Shown: piece after piece, positions 29,076-39,136 of the stretch | Layout of the letters: every line of letters starts with the position of its first letter | Numbering within the stretch: position 1 is the first letter of the stretch | Origin: Phycisphaeraceae bacterium | GTDB taxonomy: Bacteria; Planctomycetota; Phycisphaerae; Phycisphaerales; Zrk34 | DNA: 64,000 bases | Assembly (NCBI GenBank): GCA_040905565.1 | Contig: JBBDRF010000005.1 | Span: forward strand, 32,001 to 96,000 | Direction of reading: 5' to 3' | The notes under the pieces: model-generated | What the model saw: the letters and a program-made list of their open reading frames with translations, nothing else | What the model was told of the DNA's origin: nothing | Database searches by the model: none | Made by a program: the position numbers and the translations under genes

Positions 29076-29312
29076 ATGAACATGAACACAGAAATCTGCA
29101 CCCGATGCGGACGGTCGGCACCCGGCAAAGAGCGTTGGATGTTTCACCAGCTATGGCTTGTCCTCTCGCGTGAGGACATGCCGATCCGAACCGAGTATTT
29201 CTGCTATCGCTGTTTGCGTCGGCATCGGATTCATGCAGCAATCGCTCTGACCGTGTTACTGATCGTATTCATCGCCGTCGTCGTGATGGCCATCTCGTTG
29301 CGATCGGTATGA
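29076..29312 (+). CDS. Small hypothetical protein: CxxC...CxxC motif plus C-terminal TM helix
   Basis: CTRC and CYRC pairs, then IAL..VLLIVFIAVVVMAI hydrophobic helix. Confidence 0.5.
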   Translation: MNMNTEICTRCGRSAPGKERWMFHQLWLVLSREDMPIRTEYFCYRCLRRHRIHAAIALTVLLIVFIAVVVMAISLRSV

Positions 29313-29356
29313 GTGACAGCCAAAGCGCACGGCAGGCTTTGCGGACATCCATCATG

Positions 29357-29424
29357 TTGACGGCTCGGTGCCAACGGCGCTATATTTGGGGTGCTGGTGT
29401 GTTATGATGCCCCAGCTATGGTGG
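29357..29424 (+). promoter_or_regulatory. nrdR promoter with tandem NrdR boxes
   Basis: TTGACG (29357) and TATATT (29381), 18-bp spacer; boxes GCGCTATATTTGGGGT (29377-29392) and GCCCCAGCTATGGTGG (29409-29424), 32 bp apart, versus consensus aCaCwAtATaTwGtGt. Confidence 0.6.
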
Positions 29425-29437
29425 TACGGAGCTGTTG

Positions 29438-29932
29438 ATGCGTTGCCCGTTTTGTGCACAGGATAAAGACAAAGTCATCGACTCGCGTTCGAGCGAGCAG
29501 GGAAAGGTCATCCGCCGTCGGCGAGAGTGCCTCGCCTGTGGGCGGCGCTTTACGACCTACGAACGCGTCGAGGGCCCGGTCAAGCTGATGGTCGTCAAAA
29601 AGGACGGCTCACGCGTGCCTTACGATCGCCAGAAGCTCGTCGATGGGCTTGAAAAAGCCTGCTACAAACGCCCCGTGCCCGCGGAGCGGGTGCAGCAGAT
29701 CGTCGAACGGATCGAGGACGAGCTGTTCAAAACCTACGATCGCGAAGTCGAAAGCGAAGAGATCGGTCGCCTCGCCAGCGAACGGCTAAGGCAGGAAGAT
29801 CAGGTCGCCTACGTCCGCTTCGCCAGCGTCTACAAGCAGTTCGGCACGATCGACGAACTCTTCGAAGAAGTGCAGCAGGTCATCGCTTCACGCACCAACA
29901 TCGACACGACGGACCAGGGCAAGCTGTTCTAG
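29438..29932 (+). CDS. nrdR: Transcriptional repressor NrdR
   Basis: MRCPFC..DKVIDSR..IRRRRECLACGRRFTTYE zinc ribbon; ATP-cone; VAYVRFASVY. Confidence 0.97.
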   Translation: MRCPFCAQDKDKVIDSRSSEQGKVIRRRRECLACGRRFTTYERVEGPVKLMVVKKDGSRVPYDRQKLVDGLEKACYKRPVPAERVQQIVERIEDELFKTYDREVESEEIGRLASERLRQEDQVAYVRFASVYKQFGTIDELFEEVQQVIASRTNIDTTDQGKLF

Positions 29933-29942
29933 ATGCGCGCCC

Positions 29943-30004
29943 ACAAAGAGCCGGGCTGTCCCTAGCCCGGGCCCAACCGGCTTGGGGACAAGCCGGCTCC
30001 TTGT
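29943..30004 (+). terminator. Long imperfect hairpin after nrdR (terminator or REP)
   Basis: ACAAAGAGCCGGGCTGTCCCTAGCCCGG pairs imperfectly with CCGGCTTGGGGACAAGCCGGCTCCTTGT. Confidence 0.5.
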
Positions 30005-30055
30005 CGCCTTTCATTTTTGACGGTTAGATCGCGTTCGTTACCATTTACCCCCTCT

Positions 30056-31219
30056 ATGCGTCTATTGCACCTGATTACCGACACGCCTCGGCCGAGCGAT
30101 ATGCTACTGGCCTGGGTTTACGACAGTCTTGCGGCTGTGTCGGATGCGCGCGCATGGACACTGGGCCCGGCGGAACTCGGCGAGCGGTTTCCGACGTTCA
30201 GCCTCAACGGCGACCCGGTCGCCCACCGCCACTTCGCCGCCGGTTCGGGAATCGGCCGAACGTTTACTGCGGTGCTGCGGTTGCGCCAAGCGGCGCAGGC
30301 AGATCGTCCGGATGTGATCCACGCGTGGTCGCTTCACGCCGCCGCCGTGGCTGCTGCGGCCTGCCCGGAAACGCCGATCGTGCTGACCCACTCCACCGCT
30401 TCGGATGGTGACGGTGCAGCGCTTCCGTGGTGGATGCGGCAAACTTTACGTGGTGCCGCACCGCGGCTGACATGGCTGGGGCCTCACCTGCCGAGCGATG
30501 GACTGGCACGCTTGGGACTGAGCGATGGAAGGTCACTACGGATTGATCCGCCCGTTAACGTCGCCCGATTCAACGAGGCTCCACAGCGTGAACGGCAACG
30601 GCTCAGCTGGGGCGTGACCCAGCCGGCGACGCGTGTGGTGGTGATGCTCAGCGATCAGGAAGAGCACGTCGAAGCGATGTCCGCCCTGCTGGGCGTGGGC
30701 CTGGCGTGGGAGACGGGGCGAGATGTGAAGGTCCTGATTTCGCCTCGGACCGGCGAGCTTGAGCGGGCGCTGCGGGTGATGCGCGATGTCGGTCGCATTG
30801 ACCGCGTGATCATCGACGAAGCGGCCGACCAGCCTTGGCGCCTCGCGCATGCGGTCGATGCTGCCCTGGTGCTCGGCGACGGGCAAAGCCTTGCCTGGGC
30901 GACGAATGCCGGGCTGCCGACGCTCGTGCCGTCGCTGGATGGGGTGCCCGACGGCGAGGCCGGGAACGCCGACATCTTGGACGCCATCTTCGCTCGGCCG
31001 ACCTCCTCCAAGCCCGGCCGAATCGCGCCGCATCTGTGTCGGCTTTGTGATCAGTTCGATCAGGCCGAGCGGTCGGCCTCGGCGCTGAAAGCTGTGGCGC
31101 AAGAGGTTTACGATGTGCGGACTTACCGCCGTCGCCTCGCTGGCGTTTACCAGTCCGTCGCGGCCGGCGAGCGCGTCAGCTGGATCGAACCGGCCCAGGG
31201 CCAGGTCGTGGCGGGGTAG
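30056..31219 (+). CDS. Divergent GT-B/GT4-like glycosyltransferase-fold protein
   Basis: MRLLHLI start, RPDVIHAWS, IDPPVNVARF and C-terminal helix pattern of GT4; canonical ExFG..LEA motif not recognisable. TTGACG-16-TACCAT upstream. Confidence 0.55.
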   Translation: MRLLHLITDTPRPSDMLLAWVYDSLAAVSDARAWTLGPAELGERFPTFSLNGDPVAHRHFAAGSGIGRTFTAVLRLRQAAQADRPDVIHAWSLHAAAVAAAACPETPIVLTHSTASDGDGAALPWWMRQTLRGAAPRLTWLGPHLPSDGLARLGLSDGRSLRIDPPVNVARFNEAPQRERQRLSWGVTQPATRVVVMLSDQEEHVEAMSALLGVGLAWETGRDVKVLISPRTGELERALRVMRDVGRIDRVIIDEAADQPWRLAHAVDAALVLGDGQSLAWATNAGLPTLVPSLDGVPDGEAGNADILDAIFARPTSSKPGRIAPHLCRLCDQFDQAERSASALKAVAQEVYDVRTYRRRLAGVYQSVAAGERVSWIEPAQGQVVAG

Positions 31220-31271
31220 CCTTCAGGGCTGTTGATCCTGAGACGCGGTATCAAAAATGTGCTGCGTGGGC

Positions 31272-31300
31272 TTGAATTGGTACCGGAATAGTGCTATTAA
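31272..31300 (+). promoter_or_regulatory. sigma70 promoter of the suf operon with possible Rrf2 operator in the spacer
   Basis: TTGAAT-17-TATTAA with extended -10 TG; imperfect palindrome TGGTAC-N7-GTGCTA in the spacer. Confidence 0.45.
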
Positions 31301-31350
31301 TGGTGCGTACCCCACGACCCCTGCCTGACGCGGGGGGATTGCAGCACCAA

Positions 31351-31836
31351 ATGAGCCTAACCCTCACACGCAAAACTGATTACGCGCTGGTTGCCCTCGC
31401 GGCCCTCGCCGAGCAGCAGCTGGCCGAGCGCGAGGCGCTCAGCGCCAGGCAGATTGCCGAGCAGCATCAGTTGCCGTTGCCGTTGCTGATGAACCTTTTG
31501 AAGGATCTGCACCGGGGCAAGATCGTCTGCTCCCGGCGTGGGGCAGGCGGCGGCTACCTGCTTTGTCACGACCCCGCGGCGGTGAAACTGCTGGACGTCA
31601 TCGAAGCGATTGAGGGCACCGTCAAGGTCGCCCTCTGCTGCGATGAAGAGGAAGCAGCCGGCGACGAAGCGTGCACCGCCTGCCGCGTCATGGCCACCTG
31701 CCCGATTGTTACCCCCATGCAACGGTTCAACGACAAGCTGCGAGGCTTTCTGGGCGACCTGACCCTCGCGGACCTGATCGACCGTCAAACTTCGCCGACC
31801 CCTTCGCCGTTGAAGACCACCGGAGCCTCGTCATGA
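31351..31836 (+). CDS. Rrf2-family (IscR/SufR-like) regulator
   Basis: [28 protein letters not shown]; Cys cluster CC-x10-C-x2-C-x5-C; overlaps the sufB start. Confidence 0.9.
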   Translation: MSLTLTRKTDYALVALAALAEQQLAEREALSARQIAEQHQLPLPLLMNLLKDLHRGKIVCSRRGAGGGYLLCHDPAAVKLLDVIEAIEGTVKVALCCDEEEAAGDEACTACRVMATCPIVTPMQRFNDKLRGFLGDLTLADLIDRQTSPTPSPLKTTGASS

Positions 31837-33272
31837 GCAGCGCCACCACCGATATCGAAAAACTCGCCAAGCGCGAATATAAGTATGGTTTCGTCACGGA
31901 CATCGAGCAGGAGTACGCTCCGCCGGGTCTGAACGAAGAGATCATCGCCTTCATTTCCGCCAAGAAAGATGAGCCGCAATGGATGCTCGACTGGCGTCTG
32001 AAGGCCTACCGCCATTGGCTGACGATGAAGCACCCCGACTGGGCGTTCATCCATTATCCGCCGATCGACTTCCAGGCCAGCAGCTACTATGCGGCCCCGA
32101 AGAAGCGGCCTGAGAGCATGGACGAGGTCGACCCGAAGCTGCTGGAAACCTACGAGAAGCTCGGCATCCCGCTCAATGAGCAGATGGCGCTGGCAGGTGT
32201 GGCGGTTGATGCGGTGTTCGACTCGGTTTCCGTTGCGACCACCTTCAAAGCGGAGCTTGAGAAGTCGGGCGTCATCTTCTGTTCCATCAGCGAAGCGATT
32301 CAGAAGCACCCCGATCTGGTCCGCAAGTACCTCGGCTCGGTGGTCCCCTACTCGGACAACTTCTTCGCGACACTGAATACCGCGGTCTTCACCGACGGCT
32401 CGTTCGTGTATGTGCCGAAGAACGTGAAATGCCCGATGGAGCTGAGCACCTATTTCCGCATCAACGCGGAGAACACCGGGCAGTTCGAGCGGACGCTGAT
32501 CATCGCCGACGAAGGCGCGGAAGTCAGCTACCTCGAAGGCTGCACCGCTCCGCAGCGGGATGAGCATCAGCTGCATGCGGCCGTCGTCGAACTGGTCGCG
32601 ATGAAGGATGCGACCATCAAGTACTCGACCATCCAAAACTGGTACCCCGGCGACGAAGAAGGCAGGGGCGGCATCTACAACTTCGTCACCAAGCGTGGTG
32701 CGTGCCGCGGCGAGAACAGCCGAATCTCGTGGACGCAGGTGGAGACCGGGTCGGCCATCACCTGGAAGTATCCTTCGTGCATTCTGCAAGGCGATAACAG
32801 CGTTGGTGAGTTCTACTCGGTCGCGCTGACGAATAACTATCAGCAGGCCGACACGGGCACGAAGATGATCCACATCGGCAAGAACACCAAGTCGACGATC
32901 GTCAGTAAGGGCATCAGTGCCGGCCGCGGACACAATGCCTACCGCGGACTGGTGAAGGTGCTCAAGGGTGCTGCGAATTCGCACAACTATACACAGTGCG
33001 ACTCGATGCTCATCGGTGACAAGTGCGGAGCCCACACCTTTCCGTACATCGAGGTGAAGAACACGACCTCCGCGGTTGAGCACGAAGCGTCGACCAGCAA
33101 GATCGCTGAGGATCAGCTGTTCTACTGTCAGCAGCGCGGGCTGGACCCCGAGCAGGCGGTCTCGCTGATCGTCAACGGCTTCTGCAAGGAAGTGTTCAAG
33201 GAGCTGCCGATGGAGTTTGCTGTGGAAGCGACCAAGCTTCTGCAGGTGAGTCTGGAAGGCAGTGTGGGCTAG
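31833..33272 (+). CDS. sufB: Fe-S cluster assembly protein SufB
   Basis: [59 protein letters not shown]. Confidence 0.98.
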   Translation: MSSATTDIEKLAKREYKYGFVTDIEQEYAPPGLNEEIIAFISAKKDEPQWMLDWRLKAYRHWLTMKHPDWAFIHYPPIDFQASSYYAAPKKRPESMDEVDPKLLETYEKLGIPLNEQMALAGVAVDAVFDSVSVATTFKAELEKSGVIFCSISEAIQKHPDLVRKYLGSVVPYSDNFFATLNTAVFTDGSFVYVPKNVKCPMELSTYFRINAENTGQFERTLIIADEGAEVSYLEGCTAPQRDEHQLHAAVVELVAMKDATIKYSTIQNWYPGDEEGRGGIYNFVTKRGACRGENSRISWTQVETGSAITWKYPSCILQGDNSVGEFYSVALTNNYQQADTGTKMIHIGKNTKSTIVSKGISAGRGHNAYRGLVKVLKGAANSHNYTQCDSMLIGDKCGAHTFPYIEVKNTTSAVEHEASTSKIAEDQLFYCQQRGLDPEQAVSLIVNGFCKEVFKELPMEFAVEATKLLQVSLEGSVG

Positions 33273-33356
33273 GAATCAGCGAACCCGGGCGGAACGTAGT
33301 TCCGCGGCTATCGTTTGAGAATCATACTTCGTACTTCACACATCAGAAATAATACT

Positions 33357-34121
33357 ATGTCGCTAATTGAAATTAAGAATCTGCACGCGAGCATCGAAGG
33401 CCAGCCCATTTTGAAGGGTCTGAACCTTACGATTCAACCCGGCGAGGTGCACTCGATCATGGGGCCCAACGGGTCGGGCAAGTCGACGCTGGCGAATGTG
33501 CTGGCCGGCCGTGAGAACTACGAAGTCACCGACGGCGAAGTGATCTACAACGGCAAAGATCTGCTGGAGATGGAACCCGACGAACGCGCCCGCGAAGGCG
33601 TCTTCCTTGCGTTCCAGTATCCCGTCGAGATCCCCGGCGTGTCGGGCATGCAGTTCCTTCGGGCCGCTGTGAATGCCCACCGCGCCCACCGAGGCGAGGA
33701 AGAGCTCGACGCGATGGACCTGCTGACGATGTTCAAAGAGCGGGCGAAGCTTGTGAACATCGACACCGATATGCTCAAGCGTTCGGTCAATCAGGGCTTC
33801 TCAGGCGGTGAAAAGAAGCGCTACGAGATCTTTCAGATGGCGCTGCTTGAGCCGACGCTTGCCCTGCTCGACGAGACGGACTCGGGCCTGGATATTGATG
33901 CGCTCAAGATCGTGGCTGAGGGCGTGAACGCGCTGCGTAACAAAGACCGCGGCTTCCTGGTGATCACGCACTATCAGCGTCTGCTGAACTACATTGTGCC
34001 CGACTTCGTGCATGTGCTGATGGACGGTCGCATCGTCCGCAGCGGCGGCAAAGAGCTCGCCCACCAGCTCGAAGCTGAGGGCTATGTCGATATGGAAACC
34101 GCCGACGCCGGCTCCAAGTAA
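33357..34121 (+). CDS. sufC: Fe-S cluster assembly ATPase SufC
   Basis: MGPNGSGKSTL, AFQYPVEIPGV, GFSGGEKKR, LDETDSGLDIDAL, ITHYQRLL. Confidence 0.98.
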   Translation: MSLIEIKNLHASIEGQPILKGLNLTIQPGEVHSIMGPNGSGKSTLANVLAGRENYEVTDGEVIYNGKDLLEMEPDERAREGVFLAFQYPVEIPGVSGMQFLRAAVNAHRAHRGEEELDAMDLLTMFKERAKLVNIDTDMLKRSVNQGFSGGEKKRYEIFQMALLEPTLALLDETDSGLDIDALKIVAEGVNALRNKDRGFLVITHYQRLLNYIVPDFVHVLMDGRIVRSGGKELAHQLEAEGYVDMETADAGSK

Positions 34122-34155
34122 ACCCCTGCTGAAACTCTCCCGGATACCTCCGATC

Positions 34156-35490
34156 ATGGCTGAAGTCTTGACCAAGCACGAATCCTTTCACGAAAGCCTC
34201 GCTGCGGTGCCCGAGCGCACCGGCGGCCCCGCATGGCTTGACAAGCTGCACCAGCACGGCAAGCAGCAGTTCGAGCAGCTGGGTTTTCCGACGCAGCAGG
34301 ACGAACCGTGGCGATTCACCAACGTCGCGCCCATTGTGAAGACGCCGTTTGTGACGGCCGAGCCGGGCGCGAAGATTGATGCCGACGCGTTGGCCCCCTA
34401 CCGCCTCGGCGACGTCGCGGGCATGAAGCTGGTCTTCGTTGATGGGCATTTCCGTGCCGAGCTAAGCGACCTGCGGGATGCGCCCAAGGGCCTGCGTGTG
34501 ATGCCGATGAGCGAAGCCATCCGCGATCACGCCGCCCTGCTGCGGCCGCACCTCGGGCAATATGCGGAGATCGCCGACGGCTTCGATGCGCTGAATGCAG
34601 CCCACTTCACGGAGGGCGTCTTCGTCCACGTCGCCCGAAACGTGCAGGTGGAGCAGCCGATCGAACTGCTGTTCGTCGCCAGCGGCTCCGAGCAACCGGT
34701 GATGAGTCACGGCCGAAACCTCATCGTCGCTGAGCCTGACGCTAAGGTGACCGTAGTCGAAAGCTACGCCGGGCCATTCGGTGGCAAGTATCTCAACAAT
34801 GCCGTCACCGAGGTCACCGTCGCCGAGCAGGCGCATGTCGATCATTACTTTGTTGAGCGTGACAGTGAAGATGCGTTCAACCTGACATCGCTGCGGATTC
34901 GGCAGGGGCGTGACAGTCGATTTGAATCGCACACCGCACTGTTCGGCGGGTCGATCGTCCGCAACAACGTGATTGTGGAACTCGCCGGCGAGAACTGCGA
35001 TTCGACCATCAACGGCCTGTTCATGGGCCACGGCTCGCAGCACATGGACAACTACATGCGGGTCATCCACGGCGGGCCGAACGGCGACAGTCGCCAGTTC
35101 TACAAGGGCATCCTCGACGACAAGTCGCATGGCGTGTTCTCCGGCCGCATCGTCGTCCGTGAAGGTGCACAGAAGACCGACGCGAAGCAGACCAACCGCA
35201 ACCTGCTGCTGAGCGATGACGCGACCGTGAACACAATGCCGCAGCTTGAGATCTATGCTGACGACGTCAAATGTACGCACGGCGCGACGATGGGGCAGCT
35301 GAGCAAGGACGCCCAGTTTTATCTCGAGGCGCGGGGCATCGACGCAGCCACGGCTCGCAGTATGCTGATTTACGCGTTCGCTGGTGAGTCGCTTGAGCGT
35401 ATGAACGTCGCTCCGATTCGCGATGAGCTTGAGCAGTTGATGCTCGACCGCCTGCCGGGCGGGGCGAAACTGAAGGCTTTGATTCAATAA
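34156..35490 (+). CDS. sufD: Fe-S cluster assembly protein SufD
   Basis: GFPT..EPWRFT, AQKTDAKQTNRNLLLS, PQLEIYADDVKCTHGAT. Confidence 0.96.
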   Translation: MAEVLTKHESFHESLAAVPERTGGPAWLDKLHQHGKQQFEQLGFPTQQDEPWRFTNVAPIVKTPFVTAEPGAKIDADALAPYRLGDVAGMKLVFVDGHFRAELSDLRDAPKGLRVMPMSEAIRDHAALLRPHLGQYAEIADGFDALNAAHFTEGVFVHVARNVQVEQPIELLFVASGSEQPVMSHGRNLIVAEPDAKVTVVESYAGPFGGKYLNNAVTEVTVAEQAHVDHYFVERDSEDAFNLTSLRIRQGRDSRFESHTALFGGSIVRNNVIVELAGENCDSTINGLFMGHGSQHMDNYMRVIHGGPNGDSRQFYKGILDDKSHGVFSGRIVVREGAQKTDAKQTNRNLLLSDDATVNTMPQLEIYADDVKCTHGATMGQLSKDAQFYLEARGIDAATARSMLIYAFAGESLERMNVAPIRDELEQLMLDRLPGGAKLKALIQ

Positions 35491-35523
35491 ACCCCGACGC
35501 GCGGCCGCCGGCCGTGAGGCGTG

Positions 35524-36783
35524 ATGACGACGACGACCAAACATACCGCGGATCGCTTCAAGGCCGACTTCGACCCAGCCGAGTTCCGGGCTGAGTTTCC
35601 GATTCTTTCGCGCACCGTGCATGGCAAGCCGTTGGTCTATCTCGATAATGCGGCGACGACGCAGAAGCCGCGGGCCGTGATCGACGCCATCACCTACTAC
35701 TACACGCACAGCAACGCCAACGTGCACCGCGGCGTTCACGCTCTCTCCGAAGAAGCGACCGAAGCGTTCGAAGGTGCCCGCGACAAAGTCCGCAAGTTCC
35801 TCAACGCGCCCGACCATCGTGAGATCATCTTTACGCGTGGCTGCACCGAGGGTATGAATCTTGTCGCCCAATCGTATGCCGGGAGCCTGCTACAGCCCGG
35901 CGACGAAGTCCTCATCACGCACATGGAGCATCACAGCGGGATCGTGCCGTGGCAGATCGCCTGCCAGCGATCCGGTGCGAAGCTGAAGGTCGTGCCCATC
36001 ACCGCGTGCGGCGAACTGGATATGGCGACGCTAGAAACGCTGATCACGGAGCGGACGAAGATCGTGTCGCTGGTGCATATCTCCAACGCGCTGGGCACGA
36101 TCAATCCTGTGAAAGAGATCAGCGCTTTGGCGCATAAGGTCGGTGCGGTGGTGCTCGTTGATGGTGCTCAGGCGACGGCGCACATGAAGGTCGACGTGCA
36201 GGACATCGGCTGCGATTTCTACGCCTTTTCCGGTCACAAGATGTTCGGGCCGACCGGCATCGGCGCCCTGTGGGGCCGAACTGAACTGCTCGAGGCCATG
36301 CCCCCCTACCAGGGCGGCGGCGACATGATCAAGAACGTCACCTTCGAAGAGACGACCTACAACGACATCCCCTACAAGTTCGAAGCCGGTACGCCGGACA
36401 TCGCCGGGGCAGTTGGGCTCGGGGCCGCGATCGACTTCATCGCCAACCTGAACATGGATCAGGTGACCGCTCACGAGCAGGACCTCCTGGAGTACGGGAC
36501 CAAGGCGCTCGCAGAGGTTCCCGGCCTCAGGCTCATCGGTACGGCGGCGGCGAAGTCGGCGGTGCTTTCGTTCGTCGTGGAGGGGCAGCATCCTTACGAG
36601 TTGGGGCAGATCCTTGACCGTCAGGGCGTGGCGATCCGCACCGGGCATCATTGTGCGCAGCCGGTGATGGATTACTACGAAGTCTCAGCGACTGTCCGGG
36701 CCTCCATGGCCCCGTACAATACCCGTGAAGACATCGACGCACTCGTCGCAGCCCTGCACAAAGCAGCGAAAATACTAGGCTAA
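35524..36783 (+). CDS. sufS: Cysteine desulfurase SufS
   Basis: YLDNAATTQKP, ANVHRG, FSGHKMFGPTGIG (PLP Lys), RTGHHCAQP. Confidence 0.97.
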   Translation: MTTTTKHTADRFKADFDPAEFRAEFPILSRTVHGKPLVYLDNAATTQKPRAVIDAITYYYTHSNANVHRGVHALSEEATEAFEGARDKVRKFLNAPDHREIIFTRGCTEGMNLVAQSYAGSLLQPGDEVLITHMEHHSGIVPWQIACQRSGAKLKVVPITACGELDMATLETLITERTKIVSLVHISNALGTINPVKEISALAHKVGAVVLVDGAQATAHMKVDVQDIGCDFYAFSGHKMFGPTGIGALWGRTELLEAMPPYQGGGDMIKNVTFEETTYNDIPYKFEAGTPDIAGAVGLGAAIDFIANLNMDQVTAHEQDLLEYGTKALAEVPGLRLIGTAAAKSAVLSFVVEGQHPYELGQILDRQGVAIRTGHHCAQPVMDYYEVSATVRASMAPYNTREDIDALVAALHKAAKILG

Positions 36784-36795
36784 ATACGACCGACT

Positions 36796-37221
36796 ATGAC
36801 TACGACTCGCGACATCACCCTCGACCGCATCGTCGCTAACTTCGAGTTCCTCGACGACTGGGAAGAGCGTTTCACCTACCTCATCGACCTGGGCAAGAAG
36901 CTGCCGGACATGCCCGAGGCCGAGCGGGTCGAGCGCAACCGCGTCCACGGATGCCAGGCCCAGGTATTCATGAAACCCCGCGTGGAGGGCGAGCCGCCCG
37001 TCGTGGTGTTCGATGCGTGGAGCGATGCGGCGACCGTCAAGGGCCTCATTACCATCCTGATGACGATGTACTCGGGCAAGACCGCGGATGAGATCCTGAG
37101 CACCGATGCCGAATCCGTCTTTGAGCAGCTCGGCCTTGAAGAGCATTTGAGCATGACCCGCCGCAACGGCCTGCATGCGATGATCAAACGCATTCGGGCG
37201 ATCGCCACAGAGTTGAAGTAA
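36796..37221 (+). CDS. sufE: Sulfur acceptor SufE
   Basis: DWEERFTYLIDLGK, VHGCQAQV, SDAATVKGL, LSMTRRNGL. Confidence 0.95.
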   Translation: MTTTRDITLDRIVANFEFLDDWEERFTYLIDLGKKLPDMPEAERVERNRVHGCQAQVFMKPRVEGEPPVVVFDAWSDAATVKGLITILMTMYSGKTADEILSTDAESVFEQLGLEEHLSMTRRNGLHAMIKRIRAIATELK

Positions 37222-37340
37222 GCCCCGCATCCAGCGACGCGCGTGCGTCGCAGCCCATGTTGAGACGACTGAAAATGCGCATTCCACTGCCCCAGCCGAA
37301 CCAGCCCGATCGCGACCGCCAAACTCAGGGGGACCAGCCG

Positions 37341-37667
37341 ATGCCCGATCAACCCGCACCCGACGCTTCCGTTCAAGACCAGATCGTCGCTGCGATCAAG
37401 CAGGTGTACGACCCGGAAATTCCGGTGAACATCTACGATCTCGGGCTGATTTACGAGGTGGACGTGAAGCCGGACGAGACGGTGGATGTGAAGATGACGC
37501 TGACGACGCCGAACTGCCCGGAAGCGCAAACGTTGCCCGGCATGGTCGAGCAGGCGGTCGAAACTGTGGCGGGCGTAAAGAAGGCGAACGTCGAGATCGT
37601 TTGGGAACCACGCTGGGACAAAGAGATGATGTCCGACGCGGCCAAACTCCAACTCGGCTTCATGTAA
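37341..37667 (+). CDS. sufT: DUF59/SufT metal-sulfur cluster assembly factor
   Basis: VYDPEIPVNIYDLGLIY, MTLTTPNCP, VWEPRW. Confidence 0.92.
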   Translation: MPDQPAPDASVQDQIVAAIKQVYDPEIPVNIYDLGLIYEVDVKPDETVDVKMTLTTPNCPEAQTLPGMVEQAVETVAGVKKANVEIVWEPRWDKEMMSDAAKLQLGFM

Positions 37668-37920
37668 CCCCCCACCGCCCCCCCACCGTTTCCCGCATCC
37701 GATCTGTCCGCAGCCAGCTTGATGCGCTTGCGCGCGCCGCGAACATCAGTCTCGACGAGGCTCCACAGCGCGATGACCACTTACTGACGTGCGTGGCTCG
37801 AATCCCACCCTCCCAGGATGTTAACGACATCTTCACGCCCCCCCTTTCGCCATCGGCGTCCTTAGGCGATAGCATGGTCGGTTCGCTGTTGTTTTGACCA
37901 TCTGTATAGGGAGCGCTGCT

Positions 37921-39063
37921 GTGCGTGATTCGAGACTGGACAAGCTCGCCGACGTGATCGTGAACTATTCGACGGGCGTAAAGCCGGGCCAGATTGTCCG
38001 GATCAGTGGCGACCCGATCGCCCAGCCGTTGATCGAAGCACTCTACGAGAGAGTCATGCAGGCGGGCGCCCATCCCACCGTCCGTATGACGCCCGACACG
38101 CTGCAGAACATCTTTTATGAGCACGCGAACGACGAGCAGCTCAAGTACGTCTCGCCTCTGATGCAGCACGAGATCGAGAACATCGACGTCAGCATCGGCA
38201 TCTGGGCGGAGACGAACACCAAGTCACTCACGAACGTCTCGGCGAAGAAGCAGGCCACGGCCTCGGCGGCCCGTAAGCCGATCTTCAAGGTGTTCATGGA
38301 GCGAGCGGCGAAGGGTACGCTCAAGTGGTCCGGCACGCTCTATCCCACCGCTGCCAGCGCGCAGGACGCGGAAATGAGCCTGCAGGAGTACGAAAACTTC
38401 GTGTTCAATGCAGGGCATCTGGACAAAGCCGACCCCGTCGCGGAATGGATGAAGATCAAGGACCGTCAGCAGAAGCTCACTGACTACCTCAGCAACGGCC
38501 GCCGCGAACTGCACTTCAAGACCGACAACGGCACCGATCTCAAAGTCAACGTCGAAGGCATGACGTGGATCAACTGCTCCGGCAACGAAAACTTCCCCGA
38601 CGGCGAAGTGTTCACCGGCCCTAACCTCAAGGCAAGCGACGGCGGCGTCAACGGCGTGGTCCGCTACTCCTTCCCGGCTGTCCACCGCGGACGCGAGGTG
38701 CACGATATCGAGCTGACCTTCGAAAAAGGCAAGGTCGTCAAGGCGCTCGCTTCGAAGAACCAGGACTTCCTTAACGAGATGCTCGACCAGGATGCGGGGG
38801 CACGCTACCTCGGCGAGATCGCGATCGGCACCAACTACAACATCACCCGATACACGAAGAACACGCTCTTCGACGAGAAGATCGGCGGCACCTTCCACGC
38901 AGCGGTCGGCGCGGGCTATCCCGAGTCGGGCAACAACAACGAGTCCGGCCTGCACTGGGACATGGTGTGCGATCTCCGCACCGGCGGCACGATCAGCGTC
39001 GACGGGGAAGTCATCAGCCGCGACGGCAAGTTCGTCGATCCCGAGTGGCCGGCGGCGGAATGA
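37921..39063 (+). CDS. Aminopeptidase, M29 family (AmpS/AmpT-like)
   Basis: AQDAEMS, NFPDGEVFT, LFDEKIGGTFH, LHWDMV. Confidence 0.93.
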   Translation: MRDSRLDKLADVIVNYSTGVKPGQIVRISGDPIAQPLIEALYERVMQAGAHPTVRMTPDTLQNIFYEHANDEQLKYVSPLMQHEIENIDVSIGIWAETNTKSLTNVSAKKQATASAARKPIFKVFMERAAKGTLKWSGTLYPTAASAQDAEMSLQEYENFVFNAGHLDKADPVAEWMKIKDRQQKLTDYLSNGRRELHFKTDNGTDLKVNVEGMTWINCSGNENFPDGEVFTGPNLKASDGGVNGVVRYSFPAVHRGREVHDIELTFEKGKVVKALASKNQDFLNEMLDQDAGARYLGEIAIGTNYNITRYTKNTLFDEKIGGTFHAAVGAGYPESGNNNESGLHWDMVCDLRTGGTISVDGEVISRDGKFVDPEWPAAE

Positions 39064-39136
39064 CCAGTTGCGGGTCGTCGTCCCTCGGGAACCAGCGCGT
39101 GTTGAGGTGAACCGTTCCCGGTTATGATGGCCCGCT

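Noticed and set aside
33276..33312. Short palindrome GCGGAAC-GTA-GTTCCGC between sufB and sufC
   Set aside because: Single short hairpin without a U-tract; possibly a REP remnant or mRNA stabiliser, but too little evidence.
37668..37920. 253-bp gap between sufT and the aminopeptidase as a possible ncRNA or small gene
   Set aside because: No recognisable RNA motif, stable long stem or convincing ORF.
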